The translations under genes were made by a program, and so were the position numbers. 64,000 nt of DNA. Source: Octopus sinensis. Lineage: Eukaryota. Shown piece after piece: positions 42,880 through 56,156 of the stretch; the stretch's first letter is position 1, and each line of letters starts with the position of its first letter. The notes beneath the pieces were generated by a model that was not told where the DNA came from, searched no databases, and worked only from the letters and a program-made list of their open reading frames with translations. The DNA lies in NCBI RefSeq assembly GCF_006345805.1, contig NC_042998.1:8494001-8558000 (forward strand), given 5' to 3'.

Positions 42880-44060
42880 TACTGTAGTTTATCAGTGATA
42901 ATACAATCACTCCTTGTATTTAACTTCAAGCTGGTTGCCCAGGATGAGGCCAGGCCAGCTAATGTTTTGATTATGCTCTCTGGAAGTTTAGCAAAACGAA
43001 AGGCTTCTAGCATCCAAGAGAGGAGTACAAGCTTTCTTATAGTACAGCCACTTCGAACCTAGGTTCCTCTTATTCTGCTTCATTTCTACTTTCACAATGG
43101 TCATGGAGGAAGAGGTTTAAACATAATGTATATATTTTATACATTAAGTTCTGGCATACAATTGACCGGTAGTTTTGTTTTTGTTTTGTCTTTTTGGCTT
43201 CGAGGGGTAGAGTTTGGGAGGCAATGTCGATGATTCTGTTATTGGCGATCAGTTTTGTCTCTGCCATAGCTAACCAGTATGTTATGCCTATATTCCTATC
43301 AGAAACTTGCTGGTACAGATTAATAAGCTACTTTTGGAAAAAGGTTAACTTCTTGTACCAGTATCCTAAAAGAATAAAAGAATAAAAGAATAAAAGAATC
43401 AAATCTACTTTTCCATTCAGGAACTTTTGAGATACAGTCGCCATCGATGCTGTCAGTCATGGTGTAAAAATGAAACAATATTTACTTTTCTTTCAGCCAG
43501 AGAGCATCTCGGTTAAACTCTTTCTCTTCGTTCCAGATTTTTCTCCAGAAGGATCCTCTGTCTTTTCGTGAAGGAGCTTCGGTAATATTTATTGCTTTTC
43601 CTCTCAGGTCTCTGTACATTGCAGCTTGGTTCCGAGTAAATTTTCTGGGGGTTTTGTTGTTGTTATTTTTTTTCGGTTACTCTCCTCTGATATTTCGCAC
43701 TGACAACTTTTAGCTTCTTCTGTTCGAAAGCCATCAGTTTATTATTGAGTGTTTTCTTTTCTAATTCCAAAAATTACCCCTATCTCCTTCTTCGATTTTT
43801 GTTGGTGAGGCGTATAGTGAATTCTGTGTTTGCAAGCAATAAGCTTCATCACGTGGCTGATAGACTGTTTTCAAAACCCATGGTGGCACTTTTTTCGTAG
43901 TTTCGATTTTGTTTACTTTTCGAGTGATGTTCATGTATCGCTTTCCAGGAGTAGACTCGGCGGATTAACAGGCATTAATCTGCCAGAACAATAGTTCTTT
44001 ACATTGTTGTTGATACTCCTCTACAATTTCATTAATAAACCTTTATACCGTGTTTACTTT
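42880..44060 (-). pseudogene. Ancient R4-like LINE remnant
   Basis: Broken frames FWRKIWNEEKEFN, YWYKKL and NYRSIVCQNLMYKIYT parallel the FWERIW and NYRPITCL..YKILT segments of the 18-21 kb LINE. Confidence 0.6.
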
Positions 44061-44584
44061 GAAATAAAAATAATCTCTCTTCGAGAGTTTATTTCTGGAA
44101 AGATTTTATTAATGACGTATTGGGTTGACGGAAACTGAAAGAAGCTCGTATTATATATATGTGTGTGTATGTCTATCTATATGTGTGTGCATTTGTGTCT
44201 GTGTTTGCCCCCCCCCCCCCATCACCGCTTGACAACCGGCGTTGGTGTGTTTGCCTCCCTGTAACTTAGCGGTTCAGCAAAATCATCCGACAGAATAAGC
44301 ACTAGGCTTTAAAGACTAAAATCCTTGAAAGCGGTGCCCCAGCATGGCCACATTCCAATGACTGAACCAAGTAAAAGATAAAAGACAATATATACATATA
44401 CATGCATATATGTATGTATGTGTATACATACATATATATACGTTTGTGTGCGCGCGTGCGTGTGTGTGTCTGTGCGTGTATATATATATATGAATAAATG
44501 TGTGTGTGTGTACATGCGTGTGTGTGCGTGTGTGTACATGCGTGTGTGTGTGTACATGCGTGTGTGTGTGTGTGTACATGCGTG

Positions 44585-45056
44585 TGTGTGTGTGTGTACT
44601 TGTTCTTTCTTCGGAGAACCTCGTTCAGTCTAAGGTTTACTTGATAAAGATGAAAGCAACGTCTTCTGTGCAGTAGAAGTGTTCCAATTCGCAGCCAGTT
44701 CCCATCAATGAGCAACAGCCAAACATTTTATTATCAGAAATGTTTATGAATATAAAGTACATTTAATTTCTGAATCAAAACAAGGTCTGAAGTATGTTAT
44801 TATCAATCACAAGTGCGTGTGTGTGTGTACTTGTTCTTTCTTGCTTTTCGGAGAACCTCGGTCCGTCTAAGTCTTAACGTTTACTGATAAAGATGAAAGC
44901 AACGTCTTCTGTGCAGTGAAAAGTGTTCCATTTGCAGCCAGTTCCCATCAATGAGCAACAGCCAAACATTTTATTATCAGAAATGTTTATGAATATAAAG
45001 TACATTTAATTTCTGAATCAAAACAAGGTCTGAAGTATGTTATTATCAATCACAAG
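44585..45056. repeat. Tandem duplication of about 230 bp
   Basis: 44585-44813 and 44818-45056 differ mainly by small indels. Confidence 0.85.
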
Positions 45057-45552
45057 CCGTGTCATTTTGTGACTCCAACTGCCTACCGTTTCTACAATTG
45101 TTTACTTGTACAATTTTCATACACGGTGGGGCTGAAATAATCATTCATTTTCAATGAGATTCACTGGAGGTGAAAGTTCGAAGTTTAGTATTATACCAGG
45201 TGTCTTCTAAGTGTGTCTGTTATAGGAGAAAGCCTTGGCATTGTGGAGTGGGAGATTCAGTCAATTACATTGACTCAAGTGCTCAACTGGTACTTACTCT
45301 ATTATACTCTTTTCCAGAAAGAGATAAAATGTAAAGTCGACCTCGGCGGAATTTGAACTTAGAAAGAACAAATGCTGGTAAGCATTTAGTCCGGCACGTT
45401 TACGATTCTGCCACTTTGCTACCTTGAGGATGCTTTATAATGATGAACATATAATACGTACAATGAAGATGTATTCGCAGCGTGGAAGGTGTTTATAAGC
45501 CATTTTAGAAACACACAAAAACCGTTAGATTCACTTAAACGTTTAAATTTAA

Positions 45553-45603
45553 TTTGCCAAAATATTTTCGTCGCTTTGAGACCGCGACCTGTTCACTGAC
45601 AAA
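45553..45603 (-). ncRNA. Minimal type I hammerhead with a G3-C8 core covariation (left arm)
   Basis: The rc reads tttGTCA-GTGAACA-G-GTCGC(9 nt)GCGAC-GAAA-ATAT-TT-TGGCaaa. Confidence 0.7.
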
Positions 45604-45625
45604 ATTCCGAGATGCAGTACGGAAT

Positions 45626-45676
45626 TTTGTCAGTGAACAGGTCGCGGTTTCAATGCGATGAAAATATTTTGACAAA
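45626..45676 (+). ncRNA. Minimal type I hammerhead with a G3-C8 core covariation (right arm)
   Basis: tttGTCA-GTGAACA-G-GTCGC(9 nt)GCGAT-GAAA-ATAT-TT-TGACaaa: 7-bp stem I and AATATT palindrome. Confidence 0.7.
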
Positions 45677-47572
45677 TTAAATTTAAATGTTGAAGTGAAT
45701 CTAACGGTTTTTGAGTGTTTCTAAAATGGCTTATAAACACCTTCCACGCTGCAATTGTTTTCGTTCCAGCACACGATCTCAGATCAGGTCACTTGCTATG
45801 CGAGTACATCTCCGTAATAAGATGTATTTATTTTCGATTTAGCCAAAGATTGTAGATTCAATCAGATTCAAGTCTTCAATGTTGTTTTCTTTATCATCAC
45901 ATCTAGCCGTAACTTTGGTGTCGTTATACTCCATGGCTATATCCTTTGGCAAACTATTATTAATCAATTTAAGGCAAAAGTTAAGTTTTCAAAGTTAAGT
46001 ATTACTTAGGAAAGAATAACCAATAGCGACAGCAGTCAGTATTATTACCAAAGATGATATACATCACCACTTAAAAGTGGATATTATGTTAGAACACGAA
46101 ATACTACGTTGTTAACCACGAGAGAACCTCTCATATGGATTTGTGGTACATAAAAGCATTCGTGTTTATATCACTGACGGGTGATAACAGTCCGCTGCGC
46201 CCACCGGAACTGCGAGATTACGTGATTTCGCCCTTTGTTTGGCTTTTCAATGCATAGCAGCCGATTCCTCTATTAATGATGCATAGTGACTATTCAGGCA
46301 CCGGTGTCACACAAATAGCCATTGAGCTTATTAAAAAGTAATTCGTAAAGAAATAGAATAGAAGAGAGAACAATACTTTTGTTCAACAAACTGGACGCGC
46401 TCAGTAACATTTAAAAGTATTTTACTGTGTATATGTATGTGTCTATGTATGCATGTATGAATATAACAGACAGACAGAAATCGATGATCATTAAACTAGT
46501 CAAGTTTGTATGTCTTTCGAAAGAAAAAACTTGCATATTACAACTTCTGATTTAGGTTAGCTGAAAAGTACAAGACCCATTCCAACAGCAGCAAGTCATT
46601 TGGGTTCTTTAATGCAGAAAAAGGCTTGAATGCAACATCCGAATCATTAGCTCCTTGCTCACGCGAAAGGAAGTCCGTTTCTTGTACTGGACTAGATCAA
46701 CAAAACTGAAATATAATTTGGCTGACACCTTCATGACCGTTCGTGCTTACAAAACTGCAGAACCAAATTTCTCTGTTTGGCAGCAGGAGACTCAAGGGTG
46801 CGTCAACGCGATAAACACGAAGAGGAAATTAAGTCCAGAAATTCAACTGGCGGATTCAGCAAAATATATGGTTGCACCCATGCTATGACTGTACATCTTT
46901 TTCTAATCTTAGTAGAAATTAAAATTCATAACATTCGACCATGTTTATATAGTATATATCTTTAAAATATCAAGCCTAGATCGGTTCCTCCAACTTGTTG
47001 TCAAATAAAACGATCCTGTTTTGTTCTATTTATTTAATGCGCATTTAATTAAATATAAATGTTTTGCGACCACCATTTCTTTACGTAGATTTGCAGTTAT
47101 GCAAGTAGATACGAATAGAAGAAATGTATAGAGAGCATAAAAAAGAGAGAGACATGATGAAGGAAAGAAAGGCAAAGATGGGAAGAAAATGTGACGTAAG
47201 TCATATTTAGAAAGTTGAAAATGAATGGAATTTAAAATAAGGAAATAAACACAAAAAGGGTATCTGGTTTAAATCAACCGGGCGTTTTATCAATATATAT
47301 TAAATAAATACACTTTATCTACTTCATACACAAGTCGGTTCGGTTTTGTAAACATGATGTTTGTGTGCGTGTGTGTTTGTTGTGGTGGGGAATAAAGTTA
47401 ACAGTGTATGGTGGTATATATTTATAAAAGTAGCGAAATTCGTCAGAAGTAATGGAGGTGTCCTTTATCTATTTATATATACAGTTGTCAATTCAGTTGT
47501 CAAATGTCTGGACTTTCCTAAGAAGATAGAATATTGCTTAAATTCCTTTATCTTGTTTGATAATTATAATTA

Positions 47573-47985
47573 TTGAGTGAGAGAGCAGTGCATGCATCAA
47601 AGTGATACTGGGGTGAAATATACGAAGCCCAAGGGTACACCGAGCACATGCATCACAACCATATGTGCACATATGGTGATCTTATATCTAGATAAACAGC
47701 CCATGACCTTGCAGATGGAGCTCAGTTAGAATTTTCTACAGGTCGAGTAGTCCACTCTTCTCGTAAGGTCCCTGAATAAGGATTAAGGATGTTGAACAAA
47801 ACGCCCATGTTTCCAGAGGTGTGTTATTCAAACCCCAAAGAATTCCTCTAAAACACATGGCTATGATGCCCACCCCAACTACTTCTGCTCGTTATCAGAG
47901 ATGCACATATCGTCAGCTACCAAGAGACATGCTCAACTGGTTAAGGTCAAACAACTGACAAGCAAATCTGTGGTATTGAATTTGA
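47573..47985 (-). mobile_element. Family D SINE-like element
   Basis: rc homologue of 13341-13806. Confidence 0.7.
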
Positions 47986-48870
47986 ACTCTGAACGTAAGG
48001 ACGAGCGAAATGTTGATAAGCATTTTACCCGGTGTGGTAACGATTGTGCCAGCTCGCCACCTTAGTCAATAGGAAATATGGTTTCAAATTTTGGCACAAG
48101 GCCAGCAAGTTCGAGGGAGGGTATTAATCGATTACATCGACCCCGGTGCTCAATTGGTACTTATTTTATCGGTCTCGAAAGATGAAAGGCAAAGTTGACC
48201 TCGGCGGAATTTGAACTCAGAACGTGAAGTCGGACGAAATGTTACTAAGTATTTTGCCCGGCGTGCTAACGATTCTGCCAGCTCACCGCCTTCAGTAACA
48301 TAATAATCCTTTCTATTAAAAGCACAAGGCCAGAAATTTTGAGGGAGGGGGCCAGCGTTTCACTGGTACCTAATTTATCGACCCCGCAAGAATGAAAGGC
48401 AAAGTTGACCTCAGCGGAATTTGAACTCAGCACGTAAAGACGGACGAAATGCTGCAAAGCATCTTGCTCGGTGTGCTAACGATTTTGCCAGCTCGCCGCC
48501 ATACAACACTAGTATAATAAATAACAGCTATTTCTTTTGAATTGCTGAAATGGGAAAATAGCTCTTGGTAGTAGAAAATAAATAAATAAATAAATAAATA
48601 GGTATTTTGTTTGTTTTTACGTTCTGAGTTCAAATTCCTCTGAGGTTGACTTTGCCTTTCGGGGTCGATAGATTAGGTACCAGTTGCGTACTAGGGTCGA
48701 TCTAATTGATTGGCCCTCCCTCTCCAAAAATTTTGGTCCTTGTGCTTAGAGTACAAAAGCATATACGTTGTATGTATCAACAAATAAAGTTCGAATTATG
48801 CTGAGCTCGCCTCTTCCTTTCATCCTTTCGGAGTCGAGTTTTACTGGTCTTGCGCCAAAATTCGAAACTA
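47986..48870. mobile_element. Cluster of family A-related SINEs in both orientations
   Basis: Minus copies end at about 48063, 48293 and 48500; plus copies lie at about 48610-48870. Confidence 0.75.
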
Positions 48871-49639
48871 TTATTATTATTTTATTGACACATCCGGATC
48901 TTTACGTTCAGGGTTCAAACTCCACTGAGATTGGCTTTGTCTTCCATACAATGAAAAATGTTCATAAAATAATAACTGGAACTTAGTAACGTTTGAAGAG
49001 TTATTATAGTACAATAGAATAGGGTAAATTCGAACACTCACTGCTTCACAAAAACATAACAATGAAATATCAAAAATTTAAATTTCGTTTGTTCCAATAT
49101 ATAAATAAGGACAAAGAGAAAACGTCAAGATCGTTGGTTATAATGGACTGTTCGAAGTATTAGTCCAGTTACGCTGAAAATTTTCTACGGTCTAATTTGG
49201 GAGATTTACTCAAGAAACAGCTGTTTTGCTTTATTTTATTCTATCTATCGGATTTTTAAAATGCATGACGGGATTTTTTTGCGAGCATGTTTCAACAAAG
49301 AATTGTTTGGAACTTAATTTTTATGTTTTGCTCGAAATAAAACAAGAAACTAATGGGCAACAAACGAAAGCGAGATAAATTAACAGAAGAAGAGACCTGT
49401 CAGGTATTTTACAAAATCGTTTATTTGTTGTGCGTTTGAGGGACATAATTTATCTTCTTGACAATATTGTATTTCTTTATATTAATTTATAATTATTAAT
49501 TTATATTATTTACTAAAATAGTCTTTCATCAATGAAAGTATTTCTTTCGAGCATTTTATTGGAAACATTGAAATTGTATTTAATGATAGTTAAAGTAATT
49601 TTGTGAATTTCCATATTTGTGGGTTTTTATGCGTTTAAA

Positions 49640-49861
49640 AAAATTTTTTTTTTACTTGTTTCAGTCATTTGACTGCGGCCATGCTGGAGCACCGCCTTTA
49701 GTCGAGCAAATCGACCCCGGGACTTATTATTTGTAAGCCCAGTACTTATTCTATCGGTCTCTTTTGCCGAACCGCTAAGTAACAGGGACATAAACACACC
49801 AGCATCGGTTGTCAAGCAATGCTAGGGGGACAAACACTGACACACAAATACACGCACACGC

Positions 49862-49896
<35 letters not shown>

Positions 49897-50053
49897 TATA
49901 CGACAGGCTTCTTTCAGTTTCCATCTACCAAATCCACTCACAAGGCATTGGTCGGCCCGGGGCTATAGCAGAAGACACTTGTCCAAGATGCCACGCAGTG
50001 GGACTGAACCAGCAACCATGTGGTTGGTTAGCAAGCTACTTACCACACAGCCA
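49640..50053 (-). mobile_element. Family B SINE
   Basis: rc of 29095-29505. Confidence 0.9.
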
Positions 50054-50977
50054 GTTTATTATTTTTTCTTTTTTTTTTTTTTTGGTTGGGGTTTATTCTT
50101 CAATAAGATTTGATGTGCATCAACAAATGTGTAACCGATAAAATTTGACATTTTTTTGAGGAGGGAAAATCGGAAATATTATTTGAAGAAACCCTCACAG
50201 TTTTGGCATATAAGGTAGAATTCATTTATAATTTTCTTCTCGCAATGTACTTAAGGTTACAAGCAGCTATATATATAATGTGAGGGAGAAATTGGTAACT
50301 GGACCAAAATAATTTATTTCTCGTTTTTCTCCCTATGTTTAAAACTACATATTGCAAGTATTACATCATCTTTAGGAATAAAAATGAGTAATGACAAATT
50401 TCAATTTCTTTTTAACCGTATGGTGCTTAAATGCATCAGGAAGAGAGCCACTTCAGCAGATCATGAAACTAAAGAATATTTTCGTTGAGGTTTTAGATTT
50501 AGTCGAGTTTCGTTGATTTCATATCTAGTGCCATTTTTCCATGATCCTCTTTCAATTTGACTAAGACGCATTGTTGCATTTCTGATACTTCTAATGTCTA
50601 AGTATGATATTGAGGCGAGAGTAAAGAATACGCACAACCGGTGTTTGGGGTTAGGGTGGTGAACGTATTCTTTACCTCCGCTGGATATTGATGTGTATGT
50701 ACCTTTTCTCAAATGTAATTCTGAAGAACTGAAGAGGCAAATTTACCCTGCCTTATTTTGCCCCAGTCAAATTTGTCTTTTTATATGCTGAGAACGGAGA
50801 TAGTTTTCTGAAATAGGGTTAATGCATTTAGAGGTGATTTGCTTAGCTGATATAGTTTTTGTAAGAAAGGGAACATTTGTGGGGGAAAAAATTTTCTCAG
50901 AAGTGCTGTAAATTTTATTCATTGTGCCCCACTTTTCTCTCTGTTTTATATATATATAAATATATATATATATGTAA

Positions 50978-51275
50978 AATTGTCATTAAGTATGAAGGAA
51001 GCTGTTAGAACACCTACATTGCTAGAAATAAGAGCTAAAGTGCTCTGATGCTGCAGTCAACGCACACAGTTGTATGCATACATACATACATACATACATA
51101 CTGACGGCCGAAAATGACAGTCGTGATAATCCTGGACTATCGACGTTTTCAGTCGCTGTCAGTATGTATGTATGTATGTCTACAATTGTGTGCGTTGACT
51201 GACGCATCAGAGCACTTTAGCTCTTATTTCTAGCATTGCAGGTGTTCTAACACCTTGTCATATTTAATGACAATT
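50978..51275. mobile_element. Fold-back element/MITE (about 300 bp)
   Basis: Long imperfect inverted repeat containing (CATA)n/(TATG)n in both arms; apex near 51120-51140. Confidence 0.7.
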
Positions 51276-51324
51276 ATAGTTTTCCCTTTTGGTGATACAT
51301 TGCTAAATAGCTGCCGAATTTAAT

Positions 51325-51395
<71 letters not shown>

Positions 51396-51584
51396 AAATG
51401 TATTTCCTTAATTCAGAATGTTTGATACCAAATTCGCGATGAACGACTAAATTTGTTTCTGGTGTACTAATTTACTTATTGAACTGTTTGTACTCATTTA
51501 TAACAGGATAATCTTTTAATTAAATCATTTTCAAAAACAGTTATGCTGAATAATTTTACTTTAACTAAAGTAATACTGTTATTG

Positions 51585-51827
51585 GGTACTACTTAAGAAG
51601 AGTCGTTCCGGTGCGCGCACTCGCGTACTCGCGCTTCCGCGATAGCTAGTCGTAACTAGTCGATCCTTACTTTGTGTTTTTGTGTTTTATTTACTTTGTG
51701 TAAAAAAAATTATTTATTCCGTGTTTTATTTACTTTGCTAGGTAGTCGTTGTTGGTTCGACTAGTCACGACTAGCCAGCGCGGATATGCGAGTGCGCGCA
51801 CCGGGATCACTTTTCTCAAGTAGTACC
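51585..51827. mobile_element. MITE with GGTACTA termini and an 8-9 bp TSD (Merlin-like)
   Basis: TIR ggtactactt/aagtagtacc plus internal inverted ccggtgcgcgcactcgc; flanks ctgttattg and ctgttatta. Confidence 0.75.
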
Positions 51828-52070
51828 CTGTTATTATCTATTCAAGAACAATTCTTTTAGTGATACTTGGATAAGTACTCATGATCGAATAAGTTCAGCG
51901 TGGTCTTAACAAAAATACAATGCACTTTATTTGAAATACGTGTTGTGTATAGAAAATATCACCGTTTTAATAACTTAAACAGTTACAAAACGCGTAAATC
52001 TAATTCTTGTCTAACAAGCAGGACAATCAATCAATTTTAATTAAATTCTTGAATATTTTTTTCATTTTAG

Positions 52071-52442
52071 AGTAAAAGATGCAACACACGCTCGCCTTCG
52101 ACTGTTCGTGAGTCAAAAGAAAATTCAGTTGATGTAAATCGCAAAATAATCCGACATTATCCTGATTATAAGAACGTTCACATTTTCCATGCGAACTTGA
52201 TTTCAGAGTTCGCTTCAAAACCTGTTTATTCAGAACCTGAGCCATGTGCTACACCTGTGCGTCAAACACAGACTGAACCATCTAAAACACTTCGATGTTC
52301 CAAAAGACTGATGCGTTTGTGTTCCCAAGAGACTTACTTTGACCTCGGTGAAATAGATACGTACAGAGACGATACATTTTGTTACAAACTATCAATTGAA
52401 GAAGTTCATCTACCTATCCGTTGCCTTCAACATCAAACTCAG
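52071..52442 (+). CDS. CCNO: Cyclin-O-like gene, first detected coding exon (phase 0/0)
   Basis: Acceptor ttttcattttAG at 52070. The frame is open for 124 codons, ending ...LSIEEVHLPIRCLQHQTQ (cf. human CCNO HPREALARQPQ, recalled). Donor GTaatt at 52443. The only in-frame ATG is at 52311. Confidence 0.7.
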
Positions 52443-53013
52443 GTAATTTCTTCTAACCACTAGCGCTGTATTTTCAATAGCTTTTACTTATAAGCCTATC
52501 AATGAAATAATATCAGGAAAATATCAAAAATTCTTCAGGGAGATATATACATGAGTAGAATAATTATTGTATTAAAAATATAAATATATGTAAATATGTA
52601 TAAGTATAAATATATAATAATAATATGACAGTTTAAAATTTAATAGTTTAAAATTAAGTTTTTAAAGCATCTTACAATCGTTTCGCAAAGTATTGTCTCT
52701 ATAATGGAATCCTATATTGATAAACATTTATAGACAATACTTCTGCTCTTCAGAGATATAAAATGTGAAGTTTGTATAATTTATTGAATGGTAGTTTTTT
52801 AAAAATATGAAGTAATATGAGAAAATGGTATTCGTTTAAAATATAAAACAATTACTGTTTTTGATTTTGGTAAGTACACTTTAGTATGAGAATCTTGAAA
52901 TCCGCATATGCTTCCTTGGTAAGTCTTCTGTAGTAATCCATAATAATTTTGTATGATATCCGGTATATTGTCACTTAGCAATAGTCACCTTTCCCCACTA
53001 CTTTCGATTGATC

Positions 53014-53109
53014 GGTACTAGTAGCGTAGACTGGACCCGGTTTGCGCACACGCGTGGACGCGTGTCTGCGCGTCTGCGCAAACCGGGTCCAGTCTACGCT
53101 ACTAGTACC
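53014..53109. mobile_element. 96-bp MITE with 35-bp perfect TIRs and a 9-bp TSD (Merlin-like)
   Basis: TIR ggtactagtagcgtagactggacccggtttgcgca; TSD cgattgatc at 53005-53013 and 53110-53118; lies in an intron of the cyclin gene. Confidence 0.88.
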
Positions 53110-53274
53110 CGATTGATCCAACACTGTTGAGATTGTGTACACATATAGCTACGATGTGTACTTATACAACAGAGGCGCGTAGCTTAGTGCATTGCACTCA
53201 CCATCGTAAGTATAAACATTATCTACAATCTGATGGTTCACATTAAAAAAAAAAATTAAGCTTTCCAGATGTGT

Positions 53275-54170
53275 GCAGACCTGGCTGCGTGGTAAGAAAC
53301 TTGCCTCCCAACCACAGGGTTCCGGGTTCAGTATACTGCGTGGCACTTTGGGCAAGTGTCTTCTACTGTAACCTCGAGCCGTCCAAAGCCTTGTCAATGG
53401 ATTTCGTCGACGGAAACTGAAAAAAGCGCGTCGTGTGTGTTTATATATAACTAGCAGTATCGCCCGGCGTTGCTCGGGTTTGTAAGGGAAATAACTATAT
53501 AAGCATTTTTAGAGAGTTACTTCCCTTATAGATGCCAATTCGGGCTTTCTTAGCCATTTCTGTTTTGGTGTCTTCAAGCCATGAAGTCGTTGTTCTAAAA
53601 GAACGCTGGTCTCCTTGACAACGTTTTACGACGTTGATTTTCTTACACTCCCTTCCCCACAGCTTCACGAGGGAGGGAAGAAGGGAGAGAAGCAAACACA
53701 GGTGCAGGTGTTTGAGCGTGGACGCCAACTCCGCCGCCATCGACACACGAAAAATTATGCATTAAAATGGAATAAAAAATGATGTTAAATTATTTTTTAA
53801 ATCGTAGACTCATCGTAGACGCGCGCTAATAGCCAGACGGGCTCGATATTAATCACGACTATAAGATACCCGAATTTGGTTAAACTGCACCGCAAAATGT
53901 GGGAGGAGTTAGGAATCTAAATCGAAGGGGACAGACACTCACACAACTAGAGTTTTATATATATAGATGTGTTTACATGTCTGCTTCCCACCAACGCTTG
54001 ACAACCTGTTGGTTTGTTTACGTCTCCGTAACTTAGCGGCTCGGCGAAAGAAACTGATAGAAGTACTCGGCTTTCAAAAAAGTACTGGGGTCAATTCGTT
54101 CGCCTAAAAATCTTCAAAGTGGTGCCCTCGTGTGACCGCATTTTAATGACTGAAACAAGTAAAATGCAAA
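53275..54170 (+). mobile_element. Diverged family B SINE interrupted by a Helitron
   Basis: Head at 53275-53450 and tail at 53968-54170. Confidence 0.75.
53451..53967 (-). mobile_element. Non-autonomous Helitron
   Basis: On the minus strand: A|TC start at 53967, 3' hairpin cccgagcaacgccggg, and CTAG|T end at 53451. Confidence 0.85.
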
Positions 54171-54875
54171 AGAGTTTGTTACTCAGTATAATACTCTTTT
54201 AGTGCGGAGATATATGAAGTGTCGCTAAAGAAGCTGCTGTAATTCAAACTAAGGTTGTAATTGATACTGGCATGATCATGTTTGTTTACTTCACAATTAT
54301 ATGGATTCGGTTTCGATCCCACCGAGTTTCATTTCAACCAAGTATCTTCTATTATAAGTTCGGGTCGTCAAAATCCTTTACCGCGGAACTTGTTGGATGG
54401 GAACTGTGGGAGTCAGCCAGAATGTTCTTAGGTGGGAGAGACGTCGTTTTCTATAACATCATCAGTTTTTGGAGTTCTTTTAACGGACTACAGACTATTG
54501 CAAGCTTCATTCGACCTCCTATCCGAGGATAACTCTGTCCCTTCATCACATCAGTCTCGGGGATTCTGAAAGGTGGACATAATCACCGGTCTTCCTTCTC
54601 TCAGCGATTTCAAAATGAAATCGATATCAAGTTTACAAGTCTTTGTTAGTGGTTTTGATGGCATTATTATTATTTTTTTTTTTTTTTTTTTTGTCAGAAC
54701 TACTTTTTGCATTAATACTTTATGGATAGACACATAAAATGCACTCTGCTGTTGATAGTCTCTCTCGATATTTGTTTTCTTTGTGTCATTTAAATAATAA
54801 AATAAACATTTGAAATATGTTGAAACCTGCGTCATTATTTCTTCGTTGTTTTTGTCAAATTTCTACTTTTCCCAG

Positions 54876-55061
54876 ATGAATGAAGTTCTGCGCCTTGCAT
54901 TAGTTAAATGGATCACAGATGTTCACCACAGACTCTATTTATGTCAAGAGACTCTTTTCAAAACTGTCAACATAATTGACCGCTTTTTTTCTCTTGTGGA
55001 CGTACATACAGAAAGTTTGCAGATGCTTGCACTTGCATCTTTATTGATAGCTTCAAAATAC
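54876..55061 (+). CDS. CCNO: Cyclin-O-like gene, cyclin box exon
   Basis: cccAG|MNEVLRLALVKWITDVH...TVNIIDRFF...LQMLALASLLIASKY|GTaagt; 186 bp. Confidence 0.88.
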
Positions 55062-56156
55062 GTAAGTCTTCTAATTTTCTATTTGTTGATTTGAGTCGTA
55101 ACGATGATCGATATCATGGCAATCCTGTCTCGCTCAGCACTTGAAATTCTTATGGATCTTTTCAAACGTTTGTTCGATTAAGCAAATGCTTCTACCAATT
55201 TAAAAAGTATTTGTGGCAGACATTTTGTTAGTCTTTAGCGAAATGAAAACAGTCGGTTACAAATTCCTAAACAGAAAATAATCAACTGATAACCAGATAC
55301 GATGAAACTGCTTCATTTACACTGATCTCCTTCATTGAAAAGTTCACAACTAATCTGGTATTCTCAACGAAATATCGCATTAAATAGTATACTATTCAGC
55401 AACATGCATACTTTTATATCCATGTCGTAAATGTATATTCTAAGTAATGTTGTATTATATTCTTAGATAAAACTCGTTATTCATTGAATTATGCTTATTT
55501 CATGAACTGATACACATTTTATATGTATTTTCTTGTGGGGAGAAGTTCTGGGATAGAACATTCCAATCTGACTCGTTTTTGTGGTTTTAGTTAAATGCAG
55601 TAATTTCTCACACCGCAACACAAATTGAATAAACAGTACAAAATTGTTATTTTATGTTTTACCATTCTAAAACAAGTGCATGCGTAATGACTTTCATAAT
55701 GTAACCAAAACATCTGTTATTTTGTTACTGCAATTTTAGACAATTTATAGCATTCTAAATGTAACTCACTATACTATGCTATACTATAGTAAGTTAAGCT
55801 GTTGACATGTGTTTCAGAATTAAAATTAAGTTTATTGGTATTAAGAAACCAGTAATTGTGAATTTATGTATTTTCGATGGTATTGTTGATACGCATGGCT
55901 TATTGATACGCTTCAATAACGATTAATATTAGATTTACTCTCACAGTTACTATAAAATATTTTAGATAAATGTGGTTTCTTTAAGGAAACTTCAATTTTC
56001 AAAGCAGCAGATCTTTGAACCTTAATAGTAGGTTAGTTTGACTAATTGAGAACGGCTTTTTAATAAATAAATAGCAAATATCGTTGCAGCAAAACCGAGA
56101 AATTTGATCTGTACATGTTATGTATATATTGTGTGTCTGTCTCTATCTACTTTTAG

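Larger units (their letters stand above)
45476..45818. mobile_element. Penelope-like fold-back insertion (family P4) with a 10-bp TSD
   Basis: Arms 45477-45609 and 45620-45752; TSD aagatgtatt at 45466-45475 and 45819-45828. Confidence 0.8.

Noticed and set aside
46560-46965. Short ORFs that might be exons of the cyclin gene
   Set aside because: No phase-0 donor or similarity supports joining them to the exon at 52071.
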